From: Trypanosoma brucei
Lineage: Eukaryota
DNA: 64,000 nt
Direction of reading: 5' to 3'
NCBI GenBank assembly: GCA_000002445.1
Contig: CH464491.1
Span: 736,001 to 800,000, forward strand
Shown piece by piece: positions 21,135 through 31,678 of the stretch. A model generated the notes under the pieces. It saw only the letters and a list, made by a program, of their open reading frames with translations, made no database searches and was not told where the DNA came from. The translations under genes and the position numbers were made by a program. How positions within the stretch are numbered: position 1 is the stretch's first letter; each line of letters begins with the position of its first letter.

Positions 21135-23396
21135 CTACTTATCGGCAGTGGGCTCCTCCACATTTTCCACCATGCGCGTCATGATGGTGTTCAGGCGCGA
21201 AACGATGGAACGCGGATCTTCCAGCAAGCCGGCAGCGATAACGGCGTTGTCAAACATCTGCTCAACCAGGAGCCCGGCAGTTTCAACCTCTTCTGAATTG
21301 GGTGAAATGGAAAGGGTATACAACTTACGCACGATGGTGTGCTTTGGGTTGAAATGCATGTTATACTTGGGTGGGGCACCAGCCATCTGGCCAGTGATAC
21401 GGTAAATCTTGCGCATCTGAGCTGATTCATGGTCAGCAATAACAGCAGGACTATCGCGCAGGCGTGTGGTGGATTTGACGACGCCAACGCGTCCCACAAG
21501 ACGCTTGGAAATAAAGTCACTGAGAGCTTTCACCTGCGCCTCAGTGAGTTGTTTCTCAACCTTCACCTCCCCTTTATCGCCCTCGAGTTTAAGCTTGTTT
21601 TGGACGCTACCGTCAAGTGAAGCGTCAAACAGTTCAATGTTTTGCAGTTTATGCTTCGCATACGTGTCAAGGTGCTGCATAACAAAGTCATCAATAGGTT
21701 CTGTGCAGACGAGCACCTCGAGGTCGTGCTCCTTGTACTGTTCGTAGTAGGGAGATTCGAGCGCCATCTCCTTTGAAGGAGCGTTGATGTAATAAATGTG
21801 AGTTTGGTTTGCCACCATGCGGTCGCGGTATTCGTCAAGTGACACGTAGGGGTAGTCGATGTCTGACTTGGTTGTTTCAAACCTCAAAAGCTTCGCCAGC
21901 TCCATCTTGTGAACCTGGTCGGTACAAACTCCCTCCTTCAGGAAAGGACCGTACTCCTTTATAAAACGTTCGTACTTTTGCCTGTCTTGCTTCGCCTCCT
22001 CCTCCATCCAACGGATAACGCGCTTGGTCAGCACCGTTGAGAGCCGGCGCATCATGCTACCATCCTGGGTATGTTCACGTGATACGTTGAGCGGAATAGA
22101 CTCTGTGTCAACCGCACCCTTGATGAAGCGGAGCCACTCGGGCAGAATTCCCTTCGCCTTCGATTGGATGAGTACTCGGCGGCAGTAGAGATTGACACCA
22201 CTTTCCATACGGCCACCACCGTACTTCTCCGTGTGAGACTGAGGCACGTACAAAAGAGCACGAATAGAAAGTGGAGCGTCCACGGCGTAATGCAGGCGGA
22301 ACATCGGACTATCGTACGCACCGGAGATGAATTTGTAGAAATCAATGTGCTCCTCATTTGTGACGGAGTTCTTATCCTTCATCCACAGTGCCTCCACTGT
22401 GTTCACCTTTCCACCGTTGAGTGTAATTTCGTAGGAGACAAAGTTACTGTACCGTTTCAACACGCGCTCACACACCTGCGGTGTGCAAAAGGAGAGCTCC
22501 GTGTCCTTCACATCGAGGACAATTTTCGTGCCCTTGTCAACACCCTCGCACTCCGCAATCTTAAATGTTCCTGTACCATCTGACTCCCACACGTAACCCT
22601 TACTCCCCTTCTTCACGCTCCGGCTGTACACCTTGACATTTCGAGCCACCATGAAGGCAGCGTAGAAACCAACGCCAAACTGACCAATGATCTTTTCGGC
22701 CGCACCACTGCTGCTCTCGCCTTGACTCTGCAACTCACGAACAAATGCCTTTGAGCCCGAGCCAGCAATGGTACCAAGGTTCTCCGCTAGTTCCTCCCGA
22801 GTCATACCAATGCCAGTGTCACGTATGACGAATCGGCTCTTGCTTTGATTGCATGTGATGGAAATAATGGGAGCCTCATCACCTTCCTCGCGTGGGTACT
22901 CTTCCGGTTTGCTCAACTCCATCAGGTGGCGCTTCTCCAGAGCATCGCTTGCATTCGATACGAGTTCACGTATGAACACCTCCTTCTCCGTGTACAAACT
23001 GCAAGCAACAATGTCCAGAAGCTGACGGGTTTCTGTTTTGAAGCCCATCTCTTCCGCACTGCCAACAACTTTCTCGCTGTCCTCGTTTGCCTTTACCCCA
23101 CCGGCGCTGCCTTCATCGGCACTTTCCCCTGCATTGCCCTTTAGATCAGGTACAGGGTCAATAACAATATCTTCATCGGCATTGTCAGCTGCTTCGGGCA
23201 CCTTCTCGCCCGCCTGTGTGGAGCAGAAACGTACTGAGCCTTGCATTGGTCCAATACCGGCATTTCGGTTACCATCGGTTGAAACGGGCGGGCAAATTCC
23301 TCTTAGAGACACCGAAGCGGTAGTCGCGGTACAGCGAGCCACAACGGTAGACGTTAGAGCTTGTCGGTTTACCCTCTGACAAACACGACGCATCAT
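21135..23396 (-). CDS. TRAP1: mitochondrial HSP90 family chaperone TRAP1 (HSP75/HSP84-like)
   Basis: LLDIVACSLYTEKEVFIRELVSNASDALEK matches the HSP90/TRAP1 N-terminal ATPase signature almost exactly. The N-terminus is Arg-rich like a presequence (MMRRVCQRVNRQALTS..). Length is 753 aa and the ATG is verified. Confidence 0.85.
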   Translation of the reverse strand: MMRRVCQRVNRQALTSTVVARCTATTASVSLRGICPPVSTDGNRNAGIGPMQGSVRFCSTQAGEKVPEAADNADEDIVIDPVPDLKGNAGESADEGSAGGVKANEDSEKVVGSAEEMGFKTETRQLLDIVACSLYTEKEVFIRELVSNASDALEKRHLMELSKPEEYPREEGDEAPIISITCNQSKSRFVIRDTGIGMTREELAENLGTIAGSGSKAFVRELQSQGESSSGAAEKIIGQFGVGFYAAFMVARNVKVYSRSVKKGSKGYVWESDGTGTFKIAECEGVDKGTKIVLDVKDTELSFCTPQVCERVLKRYSNFVSYEITLNGGKVNTVEALWMKDKNSVTNEEHIDFYKFISGAYDSPMFRLHYAVDAPLSIRALLYVPQSHTEKYGGGRMESGVNLYCRRVLIQSKAKGILPEWLRFIKGAVDTESIPLNVSREHTQDGSMMRRLSTVLTKRVIRWMEEEAKQDRQKYERFIKEYGPFLKEGVCTDQVHKMELAKLLRFETTKSDIDYPYVSLDEYRDRMVANQTHIYYINAPSKEMALESPYYEQYKEHDLEVLVCTEPIDDFVMQHLDTYAKHKLQNIELFDASLDGSVQNKLKLEGDKGEVKVEKQLTEAQVKALSDFISKRLVGRVGVVKSTTRLRDSPAVIADHESAQMRKIYRITGQMAGAPPKYNMHFNPKHTIVRKLYTLSISPNSEEVETAGLLVEQMFDNAVIAAGLLEDPRSIVSRLNTIMTRMVENVEEPTADK

Positions 23397-24137
23397 CGTT
23401 CTCTTTACCGGGTTGCGAGTCTTCTTCCTTTTTATGCCTTACCTCGTTACTGTCGTATACCTTTTTTTTTTCAACTATTGGGTGAACTCTAACGATCAGA
23501 AGCAGAGTAACGCACTTTAACTGTTAATATGTGATATCACTTTCTCCCCCGCTTTTACTGTTTTCCGGGTTGATTAGCTCGTTTTATTGTTTCTTACCTG
23601 CTGGTTTTTGTTACTTTCAACTACCCGAAGTAAGTATGGGCACCTTCAGTGATCTTGATGTCATTCAAACAAGTTTAAGGAAAGAACACATAAACGAAGC
23701 AAAGAGACCGGTAAAAGTGATGCGAAGTCAGAAAATCGCTGCCCACGGCCGAGCCAAACAATTCAGAGCAAATGAGAAAAGAATTTCCATTCTTTGGCGG
23801 CATTAATACTTTTAACAGCATCAGTGAAGGGGAACCATCGAATAGAGTAAGACAGAAAAAAATTTCTGACCACGGGGTGCAAGCAGCGGCAAAACGAACC
23901 GGTAATAGTGATGGCAGCGGAGGCCCCAAATACGCACAAAGTTAACTCCCTTTTCAGAGGTAACGAAGGCGTGTAGGCAGCATTGCCCAAGGTTACTACA
24001 TGTACTTTTTCCTTCATTTTGTTTCTTATCTCTCCCCTCATCCACTCTTTTCGTATTGCCGCATATTTCCCATCTTCGGTGACTATAGCAGCACAAAGAA
24101 ACAACACCATCTAACGCTCGTCATTAGGACTCCTCTT

Positions 24138-25637
24138 TTAGCGAGATGGTGTGGCTGGCTTTATGATGGGGAAGGCCAGAGGCGGTGGCACTCTAGAAAC
24201 CGGCAGTTGCTCATCAACCATATTCGTAACGTCAGGAAGTAGTGACTGTCTAATGATTTGTGGTGGTGGTTGCTGCTGATAACTTGCTTGACTGAAGGGT
24301 AGTCCAAACTGTTGTTGTGTATGTTGCTGAGCCGAATAGGAAGGCACCGGAGGATCATGTGAAGTTGTTGCACATGATGGGTTTCCCTCCGCTGCAGGTA
24401 TTGTCGCGACCGCTGCCACATCTTCCTGCCATTTGCGTGGTGAGACGGTGTTCATAAACAAACCGGCTGGGTTGGGAAGGGGGGCATGGAGCCCGTTGGG
24501 AATTCCTTCCATGGGAAAGAGTGGTGTGGGAGGCTGTTCATGAACCCCCTCAATCTCCTTAGGGAAAGCGGTACTGTTAGCCGCTGCGTGATATTTTTGC
24601 GGCGGTACGTGAACCCGCGACGGGAATTCAGGCAGCATCTGCGGAGCTTGCATTTCGGTAACAACTGGTGATGTGAATGGTGGTGGTGGTCCGTTCGGAG
24701 ATCCGGTGGCTCCCGGCTTTGGGGGTGCCAATACGGTCGGAGCTGTTTTCCCTATGCGCAACACCCCTCCTGTTGCCAGCACAAATGCGGTCACCGTCGG
24801 AAGGTTGCTACTGCTGTTGACGGAACAGCTGCTGTCATCCCCTGCGCTTGTTGCAGAAATACCTACGGTTCCAGTTACTCGTCCGTTATCAGCCAAACTT
24901 TTGGGTGGGCTGGGAATGAGGTGCAGCAGACCTGTAGCAAGGTTCATTCCTAAAGGAGCATATATATCGTTCCCGAAATCTACCAACACCTCCTTCACCT
25001 CAATGTTCACCGAGTCGTACACAAGAAGGAGTAACTGCCCAGCCGTTTGTAACCCTCTATCTTCCCGTGAGGCGCCAGTGGGTACAAAAGAATTACGTTG
25101 TAACCGCCGGAGTGCCGCAGACTGAGCGGTACGCCAAAGCTCCACCCTTGTATACAGATCATCTTCGTCTTTTATGAGTGCAGTGACGAGTTCATCTGCC
25201 TTCTGAATTCCTATTATATAGTCGCGTCCTTCCTTAATTTCTCCACATTTAGCCACCGGACTCCCGGGGATTACGTCAACAACATGCCAGCAGCGCTCCA
25301 CGCACTTCTCTGCTTGACACCACTCGACGCTGCAGCCTAATAACCCACCACCTCCCCATGTACTGCTTGCGACACAGTGCACATCGCGGTAGTTGTGTAT
25401 GTACAAGTTGTAGACGGTTAAAGTTATAGTTTCATCCCTTCGTCCGGCTACGTAATACTTGAATTTTTCTACCGACTCACCATCTACTTCCATCTGTTTC
25501 CCATCAACGGCAGTGATGATGTCGAAGAAAGGGATTAGTCCTGCGGAGTGGGAGGGGCTGTACGGCAACACACGAACGATTTGCAAACCTTCGATGTCTT
25601 TCAACGGTCGCTTGGCGTCGCTTTTCCCCTGTCCCAT
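24138..25637 (-). CDS. GRASP: Golgi reassembly stacking protein (GRASP), N-myristoylated tandem PDZ-like domains plus a Pro/Gln-rich tail
   Basis: MGQGKSD (Gly2 myristoylation context), then ...PYSPSHSAGLIPFFDIITAVDG... and ...WGGGGLLGCSVEWC... ...WHVVDVIPGSPVAKCG... These are the characteristic GRASP55/65 motifs (PYFDFI, WGGQGLLG, WHVLDV). Confidence 0.8.
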   Translation of the reverse strand: MGQGKSDAKRPLKDIEGLQIVRVLPYSPSHSAGLIPFFDIITAVDGKQMEVDGESVEKFKYYVAGRRDETITLTVYNLYIHNYRDVHCVASSTWGGGGLLGCSVEWCQAEKCVERCWHVVDVIPGSPVAKCGEIKEGRDYIIGIQKADELVTALIKDEDDLYTRVELWRTAQSAALRRLQRNSFVPTGASREDRGLQTAGQLLLLVYDSVNIEVKEVLVDFGNDIYAPLGMNLATGLLHLIPSPPKSLADNGRVTGTVGISATSAGDDSSCSVNSSSNLPTVTAFVLATGGVLRIGKTAPTVLAPPKPGATGSPNGPPPPFTSPVVTEMQAPQMLPEFPSRVHVPPQKYHAAANSTAFPKEIEGVHEQPPTPLFPMEGIPNGLHAPLPNPAGLFMNTVSPRKWQEDVAAVATIPAAEGNPSCATTSHDPPVPSYSAQQHTQQQFGLPFSQASYQQQPPPQIIRQSLLPDVTNMVDEQLPVSRVPPPLAFPIIKPATPSR

Positions 25638-27078
25638 TTACTGCGTCTGTTGTGGTGTTGAAACACCATATAAAAGGAGGGAAAGAAACAGAACGTTAAA
25701 ACATGAATGTAAATATACATTTATATATTTATGCATAAACGCAGTCAGTGCACATATATGTAAATGGATTGAGGTCAAAGGAATTGAAGCCCACCTCGTA
25801 AGAACATCAATAGTTTAAAGAGGATAGCATCGCAGCTCTCCAAGTAAATCGAAGCAGTACAGCAATCCCTTTTTCTTTTGAGAGTTAATGACCTCAAAGG
25901 GGCTTTAACCGAATAGAGTCGAGGTAATATAGAAAACAATAGCGAGGCACGAAGGGTTGCAATCCGTTTGTCACATAGCATTTTTTAAAGAAGAAAAAAC
26001 TAATAATAATGAAACTGTGAAACTGATGACAAGTCTTTTTTTTTTGTTGCCTCCGCTATCACGGCTCCATCGATCTCCCCTCCTCTTCGCCACTTAATTC
26101 CCACCACCACCAGCGGTCTCCGCCGTTACATTCATTCATGGAATAAATTCCACCAGCACTCGTTTCTGTATCTTACTGCGAAAACAACACGCGCGAAACG
26201 CACAAAAAAGGGAGGTTGCATATATTGCGCACAGGACGCACTCCACACTCACACACAATTCATCCCATCAATTAAACCGGTGCTGGTGGCAAAACAAAGA
26301 AAATGTATTCACAAAGCTTAGCGTTGGGTTACATGCTGTTATAGTCACACTTCAAAAAACTGCAAAGCATTGTTACATGTTCCCTTTTTATGGATCCCCT
26401 TCACGAAACTTATTTAATGCCCATACACATAATACGCTACCTTCAACTTTCTTCACTGTATGGTTTAGTAATGGTACTAACTGTTTCTCAGTCTTCTTTG
26501 CTTTTTTTTTCTGTTTTCGTTACATGTCTGCCATTCCTCCGCTCGCTCTCCTTCAATTACTCGCCTGATCCCTCTTTTATGCATTTTTGTTATCGTTTTT
26601 TCTTATTATTTATTTTTTTTGTGATTCCTTTAATCGGTTTCTCTGCTGTCAGAACTTTGGCGCATATGTTTTTAATTTCTTATTTCCTTCGTTTTCTTTT
26701 TTTGGTTCTGGATTTTCTTTCCACTGAGCTCTCTCCTGAGTAGCCAGTCTAAAAAAAAAAAATACCTTCACTAGGATGAGTACGGAACATAGCGCACACC
26801 CTTCTTCATTATAAATGTAGAAAGTCACGTATAACCCAACAAAAAAAAAGGAGGAAAGGTTCATGTTTATTACCACCACCTACTGGAGGGAATAAATCGA
26901 TAGACAAACAAAAGCAGGTGTACGTGCTTATTTGCGTCCTACAACCTCAGTAAACTCCCATGATTTATCCTTCATGTGCACAATGCGTTTGTGAATGCAA
27001 GGGGAGAGAGAATAAGTAGCAATAATGAAAGAATAATGGGGTAAACAAATCTCCCTACCTCCCGGAATATTGTACTCA

Positions 27079-28716
27079 TTAGGGCTTTGATTGCATCGTC
27101 ATGAAGGGGTTCACAATGACGGGCGCTGGCGGTTCACAAACGTCCGCTGACTCTCCCATTTCAGATATTCCACTAACCTTTCCAAACGGTCGGAATTTCA
27201 TAACATCGTTTGCTGCGTAGTACTTCAGCAACCGAAAAGTCTGCTTTTCAGCTATCTTTTTATCCTTGATTAGTTGCATGATTTCTCCAGCTTGCTCCAG
27301 CTCACGAGTTATCACTGCCTTCCGTCCCTCAACAATACGTCTGAGTTCTGCTTCCATTGGTTCATGATATTCCTTGTACAAGTCGTGAAATTCATCGGAG
27401 GACTCGGCGACTTCCTTCACATAGTTCTCACGGAACTTCTGCATGGCGGCAGCGAGGTGATCCTCGTATACAGGGCACGCATCAATCCAATGGTCCACAG
27501 CTTTCACCTTTGAAGACCGCTTTGCAAAGAGCCTGTTGAGAACCAATTGCCTTACAGTTTGCGCGATATCATCTTTGAGATCATTTTGTATGACAAGTTT
27601 GATGGGTGAAGCGCCGGGGTTTGGCTTGAAACCTTCACGAACGACACGGCTTCCAGACTTGAGAGATTTTGACATCTCCATCAAACGCTTTGTCGACCAC
27701 AGCGCGAAAAGCACTTCATTCGCCTTAAGTGGGGAAACTACCTGCTCGAAATCCCGACCTTGTTGACTATGGCCACTACCAGTACTATTACTAGCGTTTT
27801 TGTTGTTGTTAACGGCAGATCCAAAACCAAAGACATTATTGCTGCTATTACTGCCATTTCCACTGACAGCATTATTGCTGTCCACCACGGGTGCCGCACC
27901 GAATCCAAAGTTGAACCCGCTAGCGGGTGCCACAGCGGTGGATGAACTGCTATTAGCTGTTGGTACTGCCGTACCAAAACCAAAAGCAATCGTCACACCA
28001 CCGCTACCGGTTACATTGGCCCCGCTGTTGCCATTACTTGATGCCTGTGCGTTGCCGAAACCAAAGTCAAATCCACCAGTGGCGACGGGGGCTTTGGAGC
28101 TTTCCCCCGACGAAGCAGTGGCACCGCTGAAACCAAACTGTGCACTTGAGGCGGGATCTCTCTTCTGTAACAAGAATGCGTTAATGTTTGCACCGTCATC
28201 TCTCACTACGCGCTTCCAGTACATATTTTGTCCTTCTATAGGCAAAATGCGCTCTGGTGCATTATCTTCCAAATCACTGAAAGGCAGGTGCTGCTTCACG
28301 ATGTAGTGCGCCGGTGCCAATGTTGGTTGACTGGCTTCTGCAATAACCACGCAGTCGACCGTTACGCCGTCGAGCCCACCTTCAACAAGGAGGTCCTCTT
28401 CACGAATTTGCATGAACCAACGTGGGCTGCTTGCCGTCCTCGCTTCCAGTACAGCACGCAGTTTCGACCAGTCATACGGCCGCTCGCCCACATCGGCTTT
28501 CGTAAAAGTTTTGTGGGCCAGTTTTGTCGACAGCACCTCGCTGATCGTAAGAGGCGGGGCACCCGAGCGGTCATACAACGGATCATTTGCATCCAACCAT
28601 TCCAGCAGTTGTGCCCGCTGGGTTTCAGCTTTCGCAACACGAGCCGCCGCAGCCGCAGCTCCTGCGGCGGTGGATGAACGGGCGGGTGAAGACTTCTTTG
28701 CCTTCCGGTTCACCAT
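27079..28716 (-). CDS. FG-repeat nucleoporin-like protein (545 aa)
   Basis: The central ~200 aa are low-complexity with GFDFGFG, FGFG, GFNFGFG and VFGFGS motifs in a Ser/Asn/Gly-rich background, which is the FG-Nup signature. Structured N- and C-terminal regions flank it, and the C-terminus is alpha/coiled-coil-like. It could be a TbNup64/75-type Nup, but I cannot assign it. Confidence 0.55.
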   Translation of the reverse strand: MVNRKAKKSSPARSSTAAGAAAAAARVAKAETQRAQLLEWLDANDPLYDRSGAPPLTISEVLSTKLAHKTFTKADVGERPYDWSKLRAVLEARTASSPRWFMQIREEDLLVEGGLDGVTVDCVVIAEASQPTLAPAHYIVKQHLPFSDLEDNAPERILPIEGQNMYWKRVVRDDGANINAFLLQKRDPASSAQFGFSGATASSGESSKAPVATGGFDFGFGNAQASSNGNSGANVTGSGGVTIAFGFGTAVPTANSSSSTAVAPASGFNFGFGAAPVVDSNNAVSGNGSNSSNNVFGFGSAVNNNKNASNSTGSGHSQQGRDFEQVVSPLKANEVLFALWSTKRLMEMSKSLKSGSRVVREGFKPNPGASPIKLVIQNDLKDDIAQTVRQLVLNRLFAKRSSKVKAVDHWIDACPVYEDHLAAAMQKFRENYVKEVAESSDEFHDLYKEYHEPMEAELRRIVEGRKAVITRELEQAGEIMQLIKDKKIAEKQTFRLLKYYAANDVMKFRPFGKVSGISEMGESADVCEPPAPVIVNPFMTMQSKP

Positions 28717-29390
28717 ATCTTTCGATGTCTAAAGGTTAAATTCTTTAACCCTTCGTTATCCTTTGCTACTTTCGCTTCACTGCCTTGTCTTCTTTTCCTT
28801 TTTTAATACAGCTTCAAAATAATAATAATAATAACAATGAAACTAACTAATTGATGGCGCTTCCCCTTTCTCTTATGCACTCAGATTTGCAGACTGAGAC
28901 ACGTGGTAGGAAAAAAGTGTAGTGAATGTGATAGAAGGGCGCAGGTGAGTTATAAGGAAGAGATTATGCGGAAGCGATTGTGAATTAACGACAGTAATAA
29001 TAACAGTAAGAGGAACGGAGGGAGTGATAGTAAACAAATTAACAAGATAAGTTATCCGAGACTCCTCTCCACCAGGAACCCTTTACAACAGGAAAGTAAA
29101 GAATTAATCACCGTCCCTTCCCCCCTCCTAGAGGGCTGCACGCTGTAACGTACAAGGCAGTGGCTATATGTTTAAAAAAAAAAACTAATAAGACATTAAC
29201 GATATCAACAGCACAACCTACACAGGTTGCCGAGAAATCACTACTTGTTCCCGGTATAATTTTACTTCGTGTATCGTATGCTTCACTAGTACTGCCATCA
29301 GCTGTCTTTCCAGTACAGTTGGTTAACTGCATTCTTCCCCATATTTATGTTAATTTCCACCTAGTAATTCCCACCACAGTCAACTTCACA

Positions 29391-31491
29391 TTACCCAGCC
29401 AATGCATGCTGACTCAAAAAGTGAAATGCATGCCACATGCGGTCAAGGGTTGAGAGTCGCTGTTGCCTTGTGGACCATACGCTCTCGAGACGGTCAAGAT
29501 CCTCCAAGTATTGTTTTAGGTGATGGTACCGTGGGTAATATTCCATAGCAATACGTCGCATGTGATGCGTCAGTAGGAGGAGCATGCCTTGATCATAATC
29601 ACTCAAATATGTACTGTGGTAGTAACGAGAAGGATTGACTAAAGAAACTTCCTCCAAGTTGGTTGAGACCGGACTCTCATCTCTCCGAAATTCAGGGAGT
29701 TTCAGCTGCACATCTTTGACGTAGTGGTCGCGATAATTGTGGTGGGGGTGCTCGCAGTTGGCCCCTGAAATCTCGCCCATTTCAGGGAATGTAACGAGAT
29801 GGTGGACGGCCCACCAACAAAGTTTCAGGTGCAAAATCACTGGTCTGCGCTTCACCCGCCTGTTCTGAAGTGACAGTTGCAGTATGCCACCAAGGAATGT
29901 GATGACGGGAATCATTGCCATCACTCTGAAGTTAAGGTCATTTTCCTCGAGTATTTCGCCTGTTACGTTTATAACGCGGTTTACCTCAAGCTGCTTGCAG
30001 GCTAGTTGAACAAGTATAAGACGCGGAAGGTTTCCGAATAGAACACTGCGGATAGGTCGTTTGATGGCCGACTCAAAGTCCCGATTAATCGTTAGGTACC
30101 CCTCATCATCAGTCATGACACCCATGCGAAGGCTCTGTAGTGTATCGCGATGTAATTGTTCAAGGTGATTGGCGTCGCTCATGTCTGGTGAGCAATCTTT
30201 ACAGTAGTCGCTTATGATATTGGCTACCGACTTCATTTCTTCCTCAAGTGCGCGGCGCCTCTCCAACACGCCTGGGCGACTGCCTAACAAACTCCTACGA
30301 ACTTCCTGCAGCGGCCACACGACGTAATTTGACACCATCCATCGGAGTGTTGCTCGTGCCGATGAGCACACCTGTAGAAGTTTACGAGCGCCACCGGCAG
30401 CAAGCCACGCTACCGAGGGAATAACAACAAAAATGAAGAAAGCAACTGGGCGCCACCTTCGCCCTCGAGGCGGCATGTGTCCCTTATCAGCTCCCTCCTC
30501 CAGCTTCGAAACATTTAGTTGTAGTGAATACGCTGTCACATAAAACAAATTAAGTACTTCATGCAGTGAAGTCGCACCACCTTCCGGAAATGATTGTGGA
30601 TCCCTCGCAGATCCACCAGATACGTCTTCGGGTGGAACCAAAACGTGCAGCGAACCTTTTAGTTGCCACACTGCCCTTGTCACTGCGGTTCGTACCCGTG
30701 ACAGCACACGTTGCCGCGCCTCTTCGTGTTGTGCGTCAGTTAACACAGGAAACCACGAATCATCATTCCCCACAGCGGCAATGGATGAATTCGCACGATC
30801 GAGTATGTTATGTAGCGTTCCAATACCGCACACAACACTACGCATCATCCGATGCAAAAAAGCTCCATGTGTATTCGCCATCAAAGCTATCTGTAGCATA
30901 TATCTCCCCCAACCTGTGTACAATATACCATAACACTGTTGCCGCAACCACTGCCAACCACTAAGTGATAAGTGAAAAGAAGCCCGTGCCGAGTGTTTCT
31001 CTGCCCAGACCCAGTACTGTGCATATGCAGAAATGCACTCATGAAGAGCAACAAGTCTTTGCATGACAATAACTGTACAGTAGCGTACCCACACACTGAG
31101 TTGCAGCCAAGCGATAAGTTCCCTTTCCGCAATAGCTTGAGGGTCCTTAACATTCTCTTCACCAAAAACCTCCACGAGCGTTGGTGACGCTCCATTTAGA
31201 AACCGCAGCCGGTCCCCCACTGGTGATGTGTTGAGCTCACGCAAAAGTAACACCAAATCTTCCAGTGAACGTAACTGTTTGGCGGGCGCCTCCAATTCAC
31301 TGAGAATTCCCGGTCGTTCAGTTAGCAGTTTCGTTACGGTGGGATTTCGACTAATGTGAAGTAATGCCTCCCGAGAGCGACTTGCCAGTGCCGTGGCAAA
31401 TGAAGAGGGGAAGTTGCGCCGTTTCCTCGCCAGTAGATCAGTTACTGTAAAACTCCATCCCAGTTGGGAGCCATCTTCGCAGAACATATCG
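29391..31491 (-). CDS. hypothetical membrane-associated protein (700 aa)
   Basis: The track ORF runs up to 31907, but its first 139 codons are translated polypyrimidine and (GT)n low complexity. A polypyrimidine tract plus AG sits immediately upstream of the ATG at 31491 (MFCEDGSQLGW). There is an internal hydrophobic segment (PVAFFIFVVIPSVAWLAAGGA). Confidence 0.45.
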
Positions 31492-31656
31492 CACGAAACG
31501 GAGGATGAACTGAAAAATAGATAGAGAGAGAGAACGAAAGAGAGAGAGAAAGAAAAAGAGAAGTAAAGGTCACTAAAAAAAAAAAAAAATAGAGCAAGTT
31601 CATAAAACAAACTCAATTGGGTTACGTGCTCATACGCCTTTCCCCCTCCCCCCCCA

Positions 31657-31678
31657 AACACACACACACACACACACA
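31657..31678. repeat. (CA)11 microsatellite preceded by a C-rich run, in the leader region of gene 29391..31491
   Basis: Direct reading: ccccctcccccccaaacacacacacacacacacacat. Confidence 0.9.
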
